Assembly: GCA_977018835.1 (NCBI GenBank)
Contig: OZ361257.1
Coordinates: 310,001 to 374,000, forward strand
Length of the DNA: 64,000 nt
Source of the DNA: Minutocellus sp. GHC0000111
Lineage: Eukaryota
Reading direction: 5' to 3'
Positions 54,286 to 64,000 of this stretch are shown piece after piece; positions within the stretch are counted from its first letter, which is position 1, and the number at the start of each line of letters is the position of its first letter. The notes beneath the pieces are model-generated. The model saw only the letters and a list, made by a program, of their open reading frames with translations, ran no database searches and was not told the DNA's origin. Position numbers and translations under genes: made by a program.

Positions 54286-55527
54286 TCAAAGGACCGGGAT
54301 GAGCTCGTCACATCGACCTTGAATAAATTCACCAAAGCCATTGACTGGGAAATCACCAGTCGGTACACAATCCAGGGAGCAGTACGAGCACCTCCTCGAC
54401 CCAACGTAACATTCGGCAACTTGTTTATGGTGGTCACACTCATCGCAACCTTGCCGAGGAGCAGGACATTCGTAGCTTCGGAGAGCACTTGTACCATCCT
54501 CATACTCACACTGTGCTGGGTGGTACACGTGACGCGGAATGCAGTCTATTCCAAAGTAAGGGCCACAGGGAGTACTATCAGGGCCATTTTGACACCACAA
54601 AGCTTCCTCGATTGGCTGATCTGACCCACTGATACAAGAACTGGGAGGACAAGCTTGTTCGTACCGCCCTGCATATCCTCCAGAAGATCCCACCGAGAAG
54701 CAGCTATTCCGATCAAAAGGAGCACACTCTGGGCATTTATACAATCCACACTTTTCATCGGGACCAGTTCCCGCAACGCACCACGCCTCAAAGGTCAGTC
54801 TGGTAGCCGTGCTGTATCCTATTCGACTGAATTCGTAGTCACAGAAACAATTGTCAGGGGCCGGAGGTGATCTCTCTTCGCAGGGAGATACGGCATCCAC
54901 TTCCACCGGGTCGCCCGCTCGATTTACAGAGTCTTGGTCTTGGCATTCCTCCATTTTGGGCCGGCATATATCATCAGCGTTTGATTCACATACTTCTTCG
55001 CATGACACCCATTCACCGGGAGAAGGAAAGTCCTCGTCCGTGCACTGGTTGGTGCAAAACTGAAGATAAGTTTGAAGACACAGACGGAATGTGTCTTCGC
55101 AAGTTTCTCCCCCTGGGGATATTCTGTTCCTCTCGCTCGCAATGTCTTCGCACTCACTTTTGTTACATTCGCTCAGCTGTTGACTCATGCAGTCGTCTCG
55201 ACATGTTTTTGGACTGGACAGCTTACAAGCTTGGCGACATTCCTTGATTTCTTTCATCGATGCGAGGTTGTCACAGTCTCTTCTCGCTCTGCAGTCGTCC
55301 TTTGGCTCGTGGTTTTTGCATTTGAGATCGCAAATCCGCGAGTCGGGATTGAAGCATATGGTTGCAATCTCATCGCAGGGCAGAGAGAACTGTGGTGGAT
55401 CAGCTGGTATGTCGGGGGCTAGAATTATGTCTGGGATCGCGACATCGACAATTTCCTCTTGTGCGTTCGCCCAGCCGAGCGCCGCCGAGAGGATGGCCAA
55501 CTTCTGCAACGGTATCGGTTTGTTCAT
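54286..55527 (-). CDS. Secreted cysteine-rich protein, function unknown
   Basis: Signal peptide ..ALGWANA-Q; very high Cys content with recurrent CxxxC. Confidence 0.75.
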   Translation of the reverse strand: MNKPIPLQKLAILSAALGWANAQEEIVDVAIPDIILAPDIPADPPQFSLPCDEIATICFNPDSRICDLKCKNHEPKDDCRARRDCDNLASMKEIKECRQACKLSSPKTCRDDCMSQQLSECNKSECEDIASERNRISPGGETCEDTFRLCLQTYLQFCTNQCTDEDFPSPGEWVSCEEVCESNADDICRPKMEECQDQDSVNRAGDPVEVDAVSPCEERSPPAPDNCFCDYEFSRIGYSTATRLTFEAWCVAGTGPDEKCGLYKCPECAPFDRNSCFSVGSSGGYAGRYEQACPPSSCISGSDQPIEEALWCQNGPDSTPCGPYFGIDCIPRHVYHPAQCEYEDGTSALRSYECPAPRQGCDECDHHKQVAECYVGSRRCSYCSLDCVPTGDFPVNGFGEFIQGRCDELIPVL

Positions 55528-55905
55528 GCTTGGAATTGTTCTCTTTATCTATTAGTGTTCTTTATCTAATAGTGTTCTCGAATGAAAGTTAGTTGGAAAT
55601 GAGGTGAAGGCCAAGTGAAGTCAAGTCAAGTCATGCCGCGCATCGCCACATGATTTCAGCGATATCCTATCACACGACTCCTTGGGTCGAGTGAGTCTAT
55701 CGAAACATGCGAACCCTTCCAGAACCCTTCCAGGTGGAAGCTCCAGGCAAAGATCGCATCATATCATCCACGCCACGACGACAAGTATTCTCTATTGGTA
55801 GAATTGGCGTCAGGCCAGCTGGAGCTCATTCTATCGTGGCGAACATACCCAAAATCCAACGCAGTCGCCCAGCTACGTAGCTATTTGATAGTAGAATAGA
55901 CAATC

Positions 55906-56673
55906 ATGCGCATATCACTGCCCTACATTTTGTACGTCGTCGTCTCCGCCACAATCTTACAGGCCTCATGGGCCTCTGCCGATAACAATGTGGCATCGGC
56001 GGCAGCCAAGTCTGCTGCCGGTGGTCACACCTCGGATGATCAGCCAGCTTCTAAAGCCACCGGTGCAGCTTCCAAAGCCACCGATGTAACATCCGACCAA
56101 TCCATAAAGGAGTCAGCCGCAAAACTTGCCGATGACTTCATTGCCGTACGAAACAAGGCCACCGAGACGGCTCGGTTGGCCAAGGAGACGGCATCAGAAG
56201 CCACAAAGATTTTATCTGATAAGGCATCGCAGGCACAGAAGCTCGTAAAGGAGACGACCGATCAGGCTAGAAAGTTGGCAAAGGAGAATCTCTCGGCAGC
56301 CAAAGCGCTCGCTGACAAGCTAAAGAGTGATGCTTCTGGTCTACAAAGAGAAGCAGTGCAGAGAGCAACAGAGCTCCAAAGAGAAGCCAAGGGACAAGCC
56401 GATCTTCTGCTGAAAGATGCCGATGGGATGAATGCTGAAACTCTCGAAGATGCCAAGAAGAAAGCCGATACTCTTTTGAAGAATGCCAAGGCGGCTGGTA
56501 AGGCCATTGTAAATGATGCCAAGCAAACGGCATCCACCTTGCAGGATGAGGCCAAGTCGACCGTGAGGGAAGCAAAAGCTGAGCTGAAAAAGACTTCCTC
56601 GGGTCCACTTCAATCAATCAAGGGCCTCTTCTCCAAGACAAGTGAATCCGAAGATACAAAAGAGGAGTTGTAG
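55906..56673 (+). CDS. ER-lumenal 11-mer-repeat helical protein (LEA3/apolipoprotein-like) with KEEL retention signal
   Basis: Signal peptide, about twelve A/K/E/D-rich 11-residue units, C-terminal KEEL. Confidence 0.75.
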   Translation: MRISLPYILYVVVSATILQASWASADNNVASAAAKSAAGGHTSDDQPASKATGAASKATDVTSDQSIKESAAKLADDFIAVRNKATETARLAKETASEATKILSDKASQAQKLVKETTDQARKLAKENLSAAKALADKLKSDASGLQREAVQRATELQREAKGQADLLLKDADGMNAETLEDAKKKADTLLKNAKAAGKAIVNDAKQTASTLQDEAKSTVREAKAELKKTSSGPLQSIKGLFSKTSESEDTKEEL

Positions 56674-56702
56674 GGCAGAGACATATGTAATTTTAAGTCA
56701 AT

Positions 56703-57800
56703 TTACCGTGTGTCTTCTTCATCCTCGCGGCCATTTTGTTCGACATCTCCTTCATTAGTTGCTTCACTCTCATGACAAAAGAGAGATGCATATTCCGTCA
56801 AGTCATTCGAAGGGCCAGCCCTCTCGTTTTCCCCGAAGGATTCATTCCTTGTGCCCCCTTCGGTGACTTCTACATCAATTGCTATTTCGTCGTTCTGTTC
56901 ACCGACACTAGTAGTTTTGTCGCCTCCCCAGACAGATGCTGCAAAGGCCTCGGAAACATATCGAAAGCCAAGAAATTCCCAAAAGCCTTTCACATACTCT
57001 GAACTTCTTCTTGCAATCTTTCGGTGTTTGAGTCTAGGGCGCAAATAGGTGATGCAATTGCAGAACCCCTGCAAAGGAACAAGGGATCCTGCGATCAGAA
57101 TTAGCCAATAGTTGTTATAAGATACACCCGCTGCCCATGACCATTGTAGCGCTACATATGGCGGCCAGACAAGATTAAATGACGTGAGGTACGAAATACT
57201 CTGTGAAAGTACCATCGAAGTCTTGCTACGCTTTTGTCTCCGTCCTCCGCCTGAAGCAGCATTATATTTCGACGACATCTTTTCATTCCGGTGCACGTGG
57301 ACGCATATTTTTATCATGACTGCAGATGCTACTACAATAGCCAATAGGATTGGAGCTTCAGGCCAATAAAAGTCAGTGTTGGAACACCATAGGTCATGTG
57401 TATCATAAAAGGGTATACCCGCAAAGGCAAATGCAAAGCCAATACCAAGAGGGATAGCGATAAGCCAAGCACGCGCTTGTCTGGTGATCTTTTCCTCGCT
57501 CCAGCCTTGGACGAGCATAAAATGATAATAGAAAGCCAGCGATACATTGGTGTAACAAGCAACACCGCCCATGGCAACAAAGAAACCTTGTACCTGACAC
57601 GCCGTGTATGTTCCCCTTGATCCGTAGACATAGTCCTCGGCCGGGGTTGGTAAGCTGGTCAAAGAATAGGATATCGAGGCGAGAAAATCAAAACTGCTCA
57701 ACAGAACCATGAGCTGCCCAAACACCTTTGCTCGTCTCTGTCTGTGGTGAAGAATGTCAAAAATAATGATGCTGGAACCGATAATGGAAAGGATGGCCAT
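56703..57800 (-). CDS. 7-TM GPCR-like protein (cAMP-receptor-like/Git3-like); N-terminus possibly incomplete
   Basis: LSIIGSSIII, LLSSFDFLAS, CQVQGFF, YTNVSLAFYY, LVPLQGFCNCITYLRPR; seven hydrophobic segments. Confidence 0.8.
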   Translation of the reverse strand: MAILSIIGSSIIIFDILHHRQRRAKVFGQLMVLLSSFDFLASISYSLTSLPTPAEDYVYGSRGTYTACQVQGFFVAMGGVACYTNVSLAFYYHFMLVQGWSEEKITRQARAWLIAIPLGIGFAFAFAGIPFYDTHDLWCSNTDFYWPEAPILLAIVVASAVMIKICVHVHRNEKMSSKYNAASGGGRRQKRSKTSMVLSQSISYLTSFNLVWPPYVALQWSWAAGVSYNNYWLILIAGSLVPLQGFCNCITYLRPRLKHRKIARRSSEYVKGFWEFLGFRYVSEAFAASVWGGDKTTSVGEQNDEIAIDVEVTEGGTRNESFGENERAGPSNDLTEYASLFCHESEATNEGDVEQNGREDEEDTR

Positions 57801-58034
57801 GATATCGTAGCAACAACACTAACTCGATAACTAGTCAATTACTTATGGCTCGTCGGATCTTTCATGGATCCTGTCGCTTTCTAAGGCGACGTACAGACGG
57901 CTCCTGGCATATTTCAATTAGGCGCGCGGCGGCGGCGATGGGATGGGCTGGGCGCCACGAGTGCCTCTGCTGGAGGAGGCATCGATGGAAGTGTCAGGCC
58001 TGCATCCTCGATGACACCAGCCTCCACTATCGCA

Positions 58035-60756
58035 ATGCGTCTACCATCGTCCCTTTCCATCACTAGACCCATTGCCTTCGATGACACCTTCGGGCGCAAT
58101 TCCAACCCGCTGCGCTATTCAGGAGAGCGTTCCATCACAACCTTCGTCTGCAATCCCGAGGATTCTCATCGGGCCCGCCCGGTGGCTTCTCGGGTCAGTC
58201 GCAGCCCTGGGTCAATCCCGATGCGCAGGTTCCAGGTCAGAACCTTGAGCAGTACGGTGTGGACCTGACCAAGATGGCCAAGGATGGCAAGCTGGACCCT
58301 GTCATCGGGCGTCACGATGAGATCCGCAGGACCTTGCAAATTTTGGCTAGAAGAACGAAGAACAATCCCGTTTTAATTGGAGAGCCAGGTACGTAAGGTA
58401 TTGACTTAAAAGTTTGTGGCATTATCCTGACTAAGCTATTCGTTTATTGCTCAATCAATTCAATTCCTTCTTCTTCTTCTTCTTCTTCTTCTTTTATCCA
58501 AGGTGTCGGCAAGACCGCCATTGCAGAAGGTCTGGCGCAACGCATTGTGTCGGGTGAGGTACCCGAATCGATGAAGGATAAGCGCGTGATCAGTCTTGAC
58601 TTGGCTCAGCTCCTGGCTGGTGCCATGTTTCGAGGTCAATTTGAAGAGAGGTTGAAGGGCATTATCAAGGATATCGAGGCATCCGATGGCGATGTGATCC
58701 TCTTCATCGATGAGTTGCATACAATCATCGGAGCTGGCAAGGGTGAAGGATCGATGGACATGTCCAACATGTTGAAGCCAAGCCTTGCCAGAGGAGAGTT
58801 GCAGCTTGTTGGTGCTACTACCCTGGATGAATATCGCCAAATTGAGAAAGATGCTGCTCTTGCCCGTCGATTCCAGTCCGTCTACATTGCTGAGCCCTCC
58901 GTGCAAGATACTGTTTCGATTCTCCGAGGACTGAAGGGATCGTACGAGCTGCACCATGGAATTCGTATCAAGGATGAGGCTCTCATCGCCGCCGCCATCC
59001 TTTCAGATCGCTACCTATCGGATCGGAAGCAACCAGACAAGAGCATTGACCTCGTCGATGAGGCATGCTCTCGCCTTCGTTTGGAGCAAGAGTCCAAGCC
59101 CGAAATTATCTGGAAGGTTGAGAGGGATTTGCTAACGAAGCAGATTGAACTAAGTGCATTGGCCAACGAAGATGATGATAAGAAGTCGGTCGCTAGGCGT
59201 GCTCAGGTGAAGGAGGAGGTCGATGTGCTGAATGCCAGATTGAAGGAGCTTACTGATGTGTGGCAGGCCGAGCGTGACGAATTGGAGCGGGGCAAAAAGC
59301 TTCAAGAGGAGATCGAGAGCGCCAGGAGGGAGTTGACTAAGGCCAGGAGAGATGGTGATTTCAATCGCGCGGGTGAGCTGCAGCATATGACTATTCCCCG
59401 CCTCGAACAAGAAATGGAGGAACTGGAGCGAAAGAATGAGGAGGCTGAGAGCAATGGAGAGGACGCGGGCAACAAGATGCTTGCAGATGCTGTGACGGCC
59501 GAGGCCATCGCCACTATTGTTGCCAGGCACACCGGTATTCCTGTTAGTCGGATTACCGGCTCCGAGTCGAGGAAATTGTTGCACATGGAAGAGAAGCTCA
59601 GGGAGAGAGTCGTAGGCCAAGACCATGCTCTGCCTGCCGTTTCCAATTGCGTCCGCCTTGCTAGGACCCGGCTTCAAGCGCAAGATCGTACGCTTGGCAA
59701 TTTAAGTGGCTGCTTGTCTTCTCGTGGAATTTGTTTATTTTTGCTGTGTGAAGTTGATGCATTCTCGAATTCTCACAACCATTTCTTCCTTTTTCCCTCA
59801 ATCTCTGTCAATTTCATAGCCTTGGACCCACAGGCGTAGGAAAGACAGAACTGTGCAAGTCTCTGGCTTCCTTTATCTTTGAGGACGAAAGTGCGATGAC
59901 CAGGATAGATATGTCGGAATACGGAGAGAAGCACACTGTATCTCGCCTCATCGGCGCCCCTCCCGGCTATGTAGGGTATGAGGAGGGCGGAGTCCTAACT
60001 GAAGCCGTTCGCCGTCGTCCTTATCAAGTCATCTTGCTCGACGAATTCGAGAAGGGACACCGGGATGTGTGGAACCTTCTACTCCAATTGTTCGACGACG
60101 GTAGATTGACCGACTCTCACGGTAGAGTCGTCAACTTCCAGAACTGCATCGTTGTCGTGACTTCAAACATGGGAGCTGAAGTGCTGGCAAATATGCCAGA
60201 CACAATGACCGGCTCGGAACCGGAGGTACAGAATGCTGTGATGGAGGTTGTGCGCCATACTCTCAGCCCAGAACTTCTCAATCGAATCGATGAGGTATGC
60301 CATTTCAACAGGTTGCAGCGTGAGCACATGGACCGGATTGCCGAGATCGGAATCGATGACATTGCCCAGAGATTGGAGAAGGGACAAAACATGGAACTCG
60401 ATGTTACGCCCGAAGCAATCAATTGCCTCGCCAACAAGGGTTATGACGTGCGATACGGCGCTCGTCCACTCAAGCGCGCCCTCGCGAGATACCTTCTGAA
60501 CCCTCTAAGCCGCTTGGTTCTTGAGGGTGGCGTGATCGATGGCGACACGGTCAGAGTTCGGACGAGGGCCCAGGGAGAACAGCTTATCGACGCCGGCGAC
60601 AATAATTTCGGATACATTACGAGCTCTCCCGATGATGACGAAGATGCGGTGGTCATAATGAGAAATCACGAGATGACTGCTGAGGATCAAGGTGCCGAGG
60701 ACACTTGGGATGATGATGAATTCTTAATGGAGGATGGAACTCATCACCATCGATGA
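58035..60756 (+). CDS. clpB: Mitochondrial ClpB/Hsp78 disaggregase (no N-domain); exons ~58035-58388, 58503-~59702, 59820-60756
   Basis: [57 protein letters not shown]-domain, [47 protein letters not shown]. The presequence is frame-disrupted and the second donor site is damaged. Confidence 0.93.
58467..58493 (+). repeat. (CTT)9 microsatellite forming the polypyrimidine tract of clpB intron 1
   Basis: Read directly; lies just upstream of the AG at 58501-02. Confidence 0.9.
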
Positions 60757-60915
60757 AGATGAAAGGATTGCGTGCCTCGAGCTAGGTAAAACCACCCCAT
60801 GTTTCGATTGTTTGATTTGATTTCTTAAGTTTAGATACAGCGCCGATGTAATAATAGTAAAACAAAATTTCATTCTTTTGTGTTGTCAAAGTTGAACAGA
60901 TCCACGCATTGTTGC

Positions 60916-62922
60916 TTATGCCGCTTCCTTGCCGTCCTGGAGTGCATGGCTCAAAATATTTACATCCTTGAGGCCTTCTCGGGTGTACATTTCCGACTTC
61001 CATGCGGCGCCCATGGCGCGTCCGCCTCCCTCCCAAAGCTTGACAACGTGCTCCATGCCGTGGAAATGCTCGTCGTAGATACGGCGGTAGTAGAGCTCCT
61101 CCTTGGTGTGGGGAGTGTTGACGGGGTATGTCAGATGAGCCTCGTCCATCTCGGCATCCGACACAAGAGTAGAAATTCTCCTTTGGAGAATCGAAACCCA
61201 ATCCTCGCCAACACCTTCACACTGCATGGCCTTCGCGCGCCAAAGAACGGGGCGGGGAATGACGTGACCGTCAGAGTTGGGACCCTCAAAGAGCTCACGC
61301 AGAAGAGTCTTCTCTCTGCCACGAGAGTTGGTTCGAACTGCCTCCTTGTCAACGATCTTGCGCGCAGGGTCAACGCTCATGACGAGCTTGGTGAACTCCG
61401 TGTCAAGGAAGGGCACACGAGCCTCGAGACCATGGGCCATGGTCATGCGATCCGTTCGGTGCAGGTTGATATTGCCCAACATACCATAGATGCGGCGCAG
61501 CTCGTTCTGAACCTGACGGGGAGTCTCAGCATCGGCGAAGTAGAGGTATCCGGCAAACAACTCATCAGCTCCTTCTCCCGTGAGGACCATCTTTACATCC
61601 TGGGCGGCTCTCTCGGCAAGAAGCCAGTTGGGGATGGCAGAACGAATGAGCTCGGCCTCATAAGTCTCCATGTGGTACACAATCTTGGGAATGAGGTCAA
61701 AGACCTCGTCGGGGGTGAAGCTCCTGATCTTATGGTCAATGACCTTGGATCCACCAAGATTTTCGACCATACCCTTCGCAGCCATAACATCGGGAGAATT
61801 CTCCATACCGACGGTAAAAGTGGGGATGGGGCGATCGTCTCCAAAAACTCGCTGGCGCTCCTCCTTGTACAAGGGGAGAAGATCGTGGGCGACAATGCAG
61901 GAGTCGACACCTCCGCTGAGGAAGAAACCATAGTCAACATCCGCCATTATGCGCTTCTGAACAGCCTTTCGGAATGCCTCACGAATGTCGTCGTCGGTCA
62001 CCTTGTGATCCGCATCTTCCCAGGGAGCGTAATCGTCCTGTAGCAAAAGATAGTGGGTGCGCAGAATGTGAGAATCGCACGATAGACAAAAATAAATTAA
62101 TGCATTTGATTGTGAAATAAGAGATAAAACTCACCTTCATGAGCCAGTCAGGTTCATAGTATCGGACCATTCCCTCCTCGGGAGTCCAGTAGTGACCAGG
62201 GGGCAAGGCAACAACGGTCGCCGGGTCGACATGTCCCACAAGAGCCTTCAATTCACTCGAGAAGACGTATCCGTAGGCGTCACCATCATCGGCGGCAGCA
62301 TGGGTGCGACCATAGTAAAGGGGCTTAATACCAACGGGGTCACGGGCAGCAAAGGTCTTGAGCTTACCGGTTTCCTCGCACTCCTCAAAGATGACAAAGG
62401 CAAACATGCCATCGAGCTGACGGACAGCGGCGGGTCCACCGAGCTTGGCGTAGGCATGAGCGATGACCTCGCAATCACTGCCAGAGATGCGCTTCTCGTT
62501 CCAGCCGTGTTTCTTTTGTAGATCCGAATAGAGAGAGTTGTGGTTGTAGATCTCTCCGTTGGCAGCGAAGTGGATCCTCTTACCCTCGAGAGTCAGGTTG
62601 AAGGGCCTGAGTTGTGGGTGAAAGTGAAAACAAATAAATACGAGAATATTGGTGAGAGCGGCTCAACGTAACTCAATGGATTCATCCGTATCCAAACACA
62701 AAACAAAAACTCACATATCGGCCTGACGATTGCTAGGGTCGACAATGGCCAGACGGGTGTGGCCCATTGACCAGCGCTGGGGACCGTAGACACCACGAGA
62801 GGTCTGCATACCGTCGGGACCACGATGGTACAGGATTTTGGAGGCATCGGTCAGAGCAGTGCTGGTCTCGGACAGGATCGGCGGACCGCTAGCGTGAACG
62901 TTGGGAGTCGAGTTCCACACAT
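60916..62922 (-). CDS. asnB: Asparagine synthetase (glutamine-hydrolysing) family; exons 62922-62715, 62606-62135, 62037-60916; frame break just after MCG
   Basis: MCG.., HRGPDG, GHTRLAIVD, ANGEIYNH, DGMFAFV, ARDPVGIKPLYYG, FLSGGVDS, KMVLTGEGADELFAGY, DRMTMAHGLEARVPFLD. Both introns are GTGAG..CAG and phase-consistent. Confidence 0.93.
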
Positions 62923-63719
62923 CACTATTTTGTGTTTTGGTAGAGAAGTGGGGAGTGGTGATTAGCATGGTGAGAAGAAATGAATGCAATATCGACAAGT
63001 TTTGATTCGGCCAGATTCGATGTCACAAATTTTGATTGCCGCTTCAATTGAATCGATCCTACATGCAGGCCCACATGCTTGAAAGTGTCCAAAGTCCAAC
63101 TACGCAAAACTCACTCGACGGCAGCAACAAGACCACAAAGTTGACGCTTGGCCTGGGCAGAGGCGGCGGCCTTACGGGCCAGAGAGGACAATTGCTTGGC
63201 AACCAGCATGATTTGAATTGTGCAATTTCAACGATTGAATGTCGTCGTCGCTACTTTTGAGAATGATTTGAGAAAAGCGACAAGATGTGTTGCAACTCAA
63301 AAGTTAAGAATAGGTGATAGCTGAACAGATGCGTCTCTGATAGCAAATAATGTGGAGACGAGAAAGCAAAAGCGACTATCGATCGTTTGCTTGGCTGTCC
63401 TTCCCTTCAGAATGAAAATCGATGTCGTCGACTGCTGTCGCGTCGATGGGCTCTCGGAGACGGAGGGCCAGAAATCAATGGCTCCCTGGCATTCGAGATA
63501 TCTGCATTGACTTCTTCTTTTTCCTAGAATTTCGCATGCTATCGAAATATTGAAGACGTCTTTCCGTCGTCAAATTAAAAGGGGGCTCCTAAAAGAACAA
63601 ATGTAGCGGGGACAAGCTCATTCTTGCCGCAGTCCGCACGTGCTTCGCACATTGGAAGTCGGCTTCAACACCACGAAGCCAAGTGCACGAAACCATCAGC
63701 GCCCAAAAGCGCCTCTGCG

Positions 63720-64000
63720 ATGATCTTCGGTAATCGGGCCGTTCTGTCTCTGGCCTTTTCCGCATCAGCCTCTCTTCGTGCATCTGCGTTCGCCGTCGGT
63801 GCCAAGTCTCATTCCCTCGCGCGTCCATTAGCTGCCTCGGCTCTCTTTTCGACGACATCAGACATCGAACCATCTCCAGCCATGAAGGTGGCCGAAGAAG
63901 CAAGGCAGATGGCCCTCGCTCATGGGTACAGCGACTTTGAGGCTTGGCTGACATCCGGCGGTGACGATCGGTCTCTTATCAAGAAGACTGCTGCCAACAA
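63720..64000 (+). CDS. 5' end of an organelle-targeted protein, possibly a PLP-dependent transferase-like family; runs off the window
   Basis: Manual translation: MIFGNRAVLSLAFSASASLRASA-FAVGAKSHSLARPLAASALFST...FEAWLTSGGDDRSLIKKTAAN, open to the edge. Confidence 0.65.
   Translation, partial: MIFGNRAVLSLAFSASASLRASAFAVGAKSHSLARPLAASALFSTTSDIEPSPAMKVAEEARQMALAHGYSDFEAWLTSGGDDRSLIKKTAAN

Noticed and set aside
1..62922. gltD and asnB as a nitrogen-assimilation cluster
   Set aside because: They are about 60 kb apart and separated by many unrelated genes.
1..64000. CRISPR arrays, tRNA/rRNA genes, prophage or prokaryotic defence systems
   Set aside because: No regularly spaced repeat-spacer array, cloverleaf or rRNA-like sequence was seen, and the gene structure is eukaryotic.

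Overview
This is a gene-dense eukaryotic nuclear window, most likely from a diatom or another ochrophyte. The evidence is short GT-AG introns, several bipartite 'A-F' (ASAFAP-like) plastid presequences, and no operons or prokaryotic signals. About 30 genes are supported. They include a stand-alone glutamate synthase beta subunit (gltD), a cluster-less Rieske-fold plastid protein, UPF0489, an SCP/CTDSP phosphatase, a FANCD2-like gene, a MORN-repeat protein, DUF3110, Cys-rich MYND-finger paralogs, PLAA/DOA1, a YqaJ-like nuclease, a renalase-like flavoprotein, an OFA-family MFS transporter, a GPCR-like protein, mitochondrial ClpB/Hsp78 and asparagine synthetase. Structural highlights are an apparently exact 6,536-bp tandem duplication with a 4-bp TGGA microhomology junction, a ~1.5-kb TA-flanked terminal-inverted-repeat element abutting a decayed HAS1/DDX18 fragment, and about 11 small indels that break otherwise intact genes (probably consensus errors). 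The strongest candidate for novel biology is a plastid-targeted, membrane-anchored protein carrying 17 'YLD(A/S)(L/I)' sticker motifs (49840-51957). All family calls come from motif recognition; no database searches were run.
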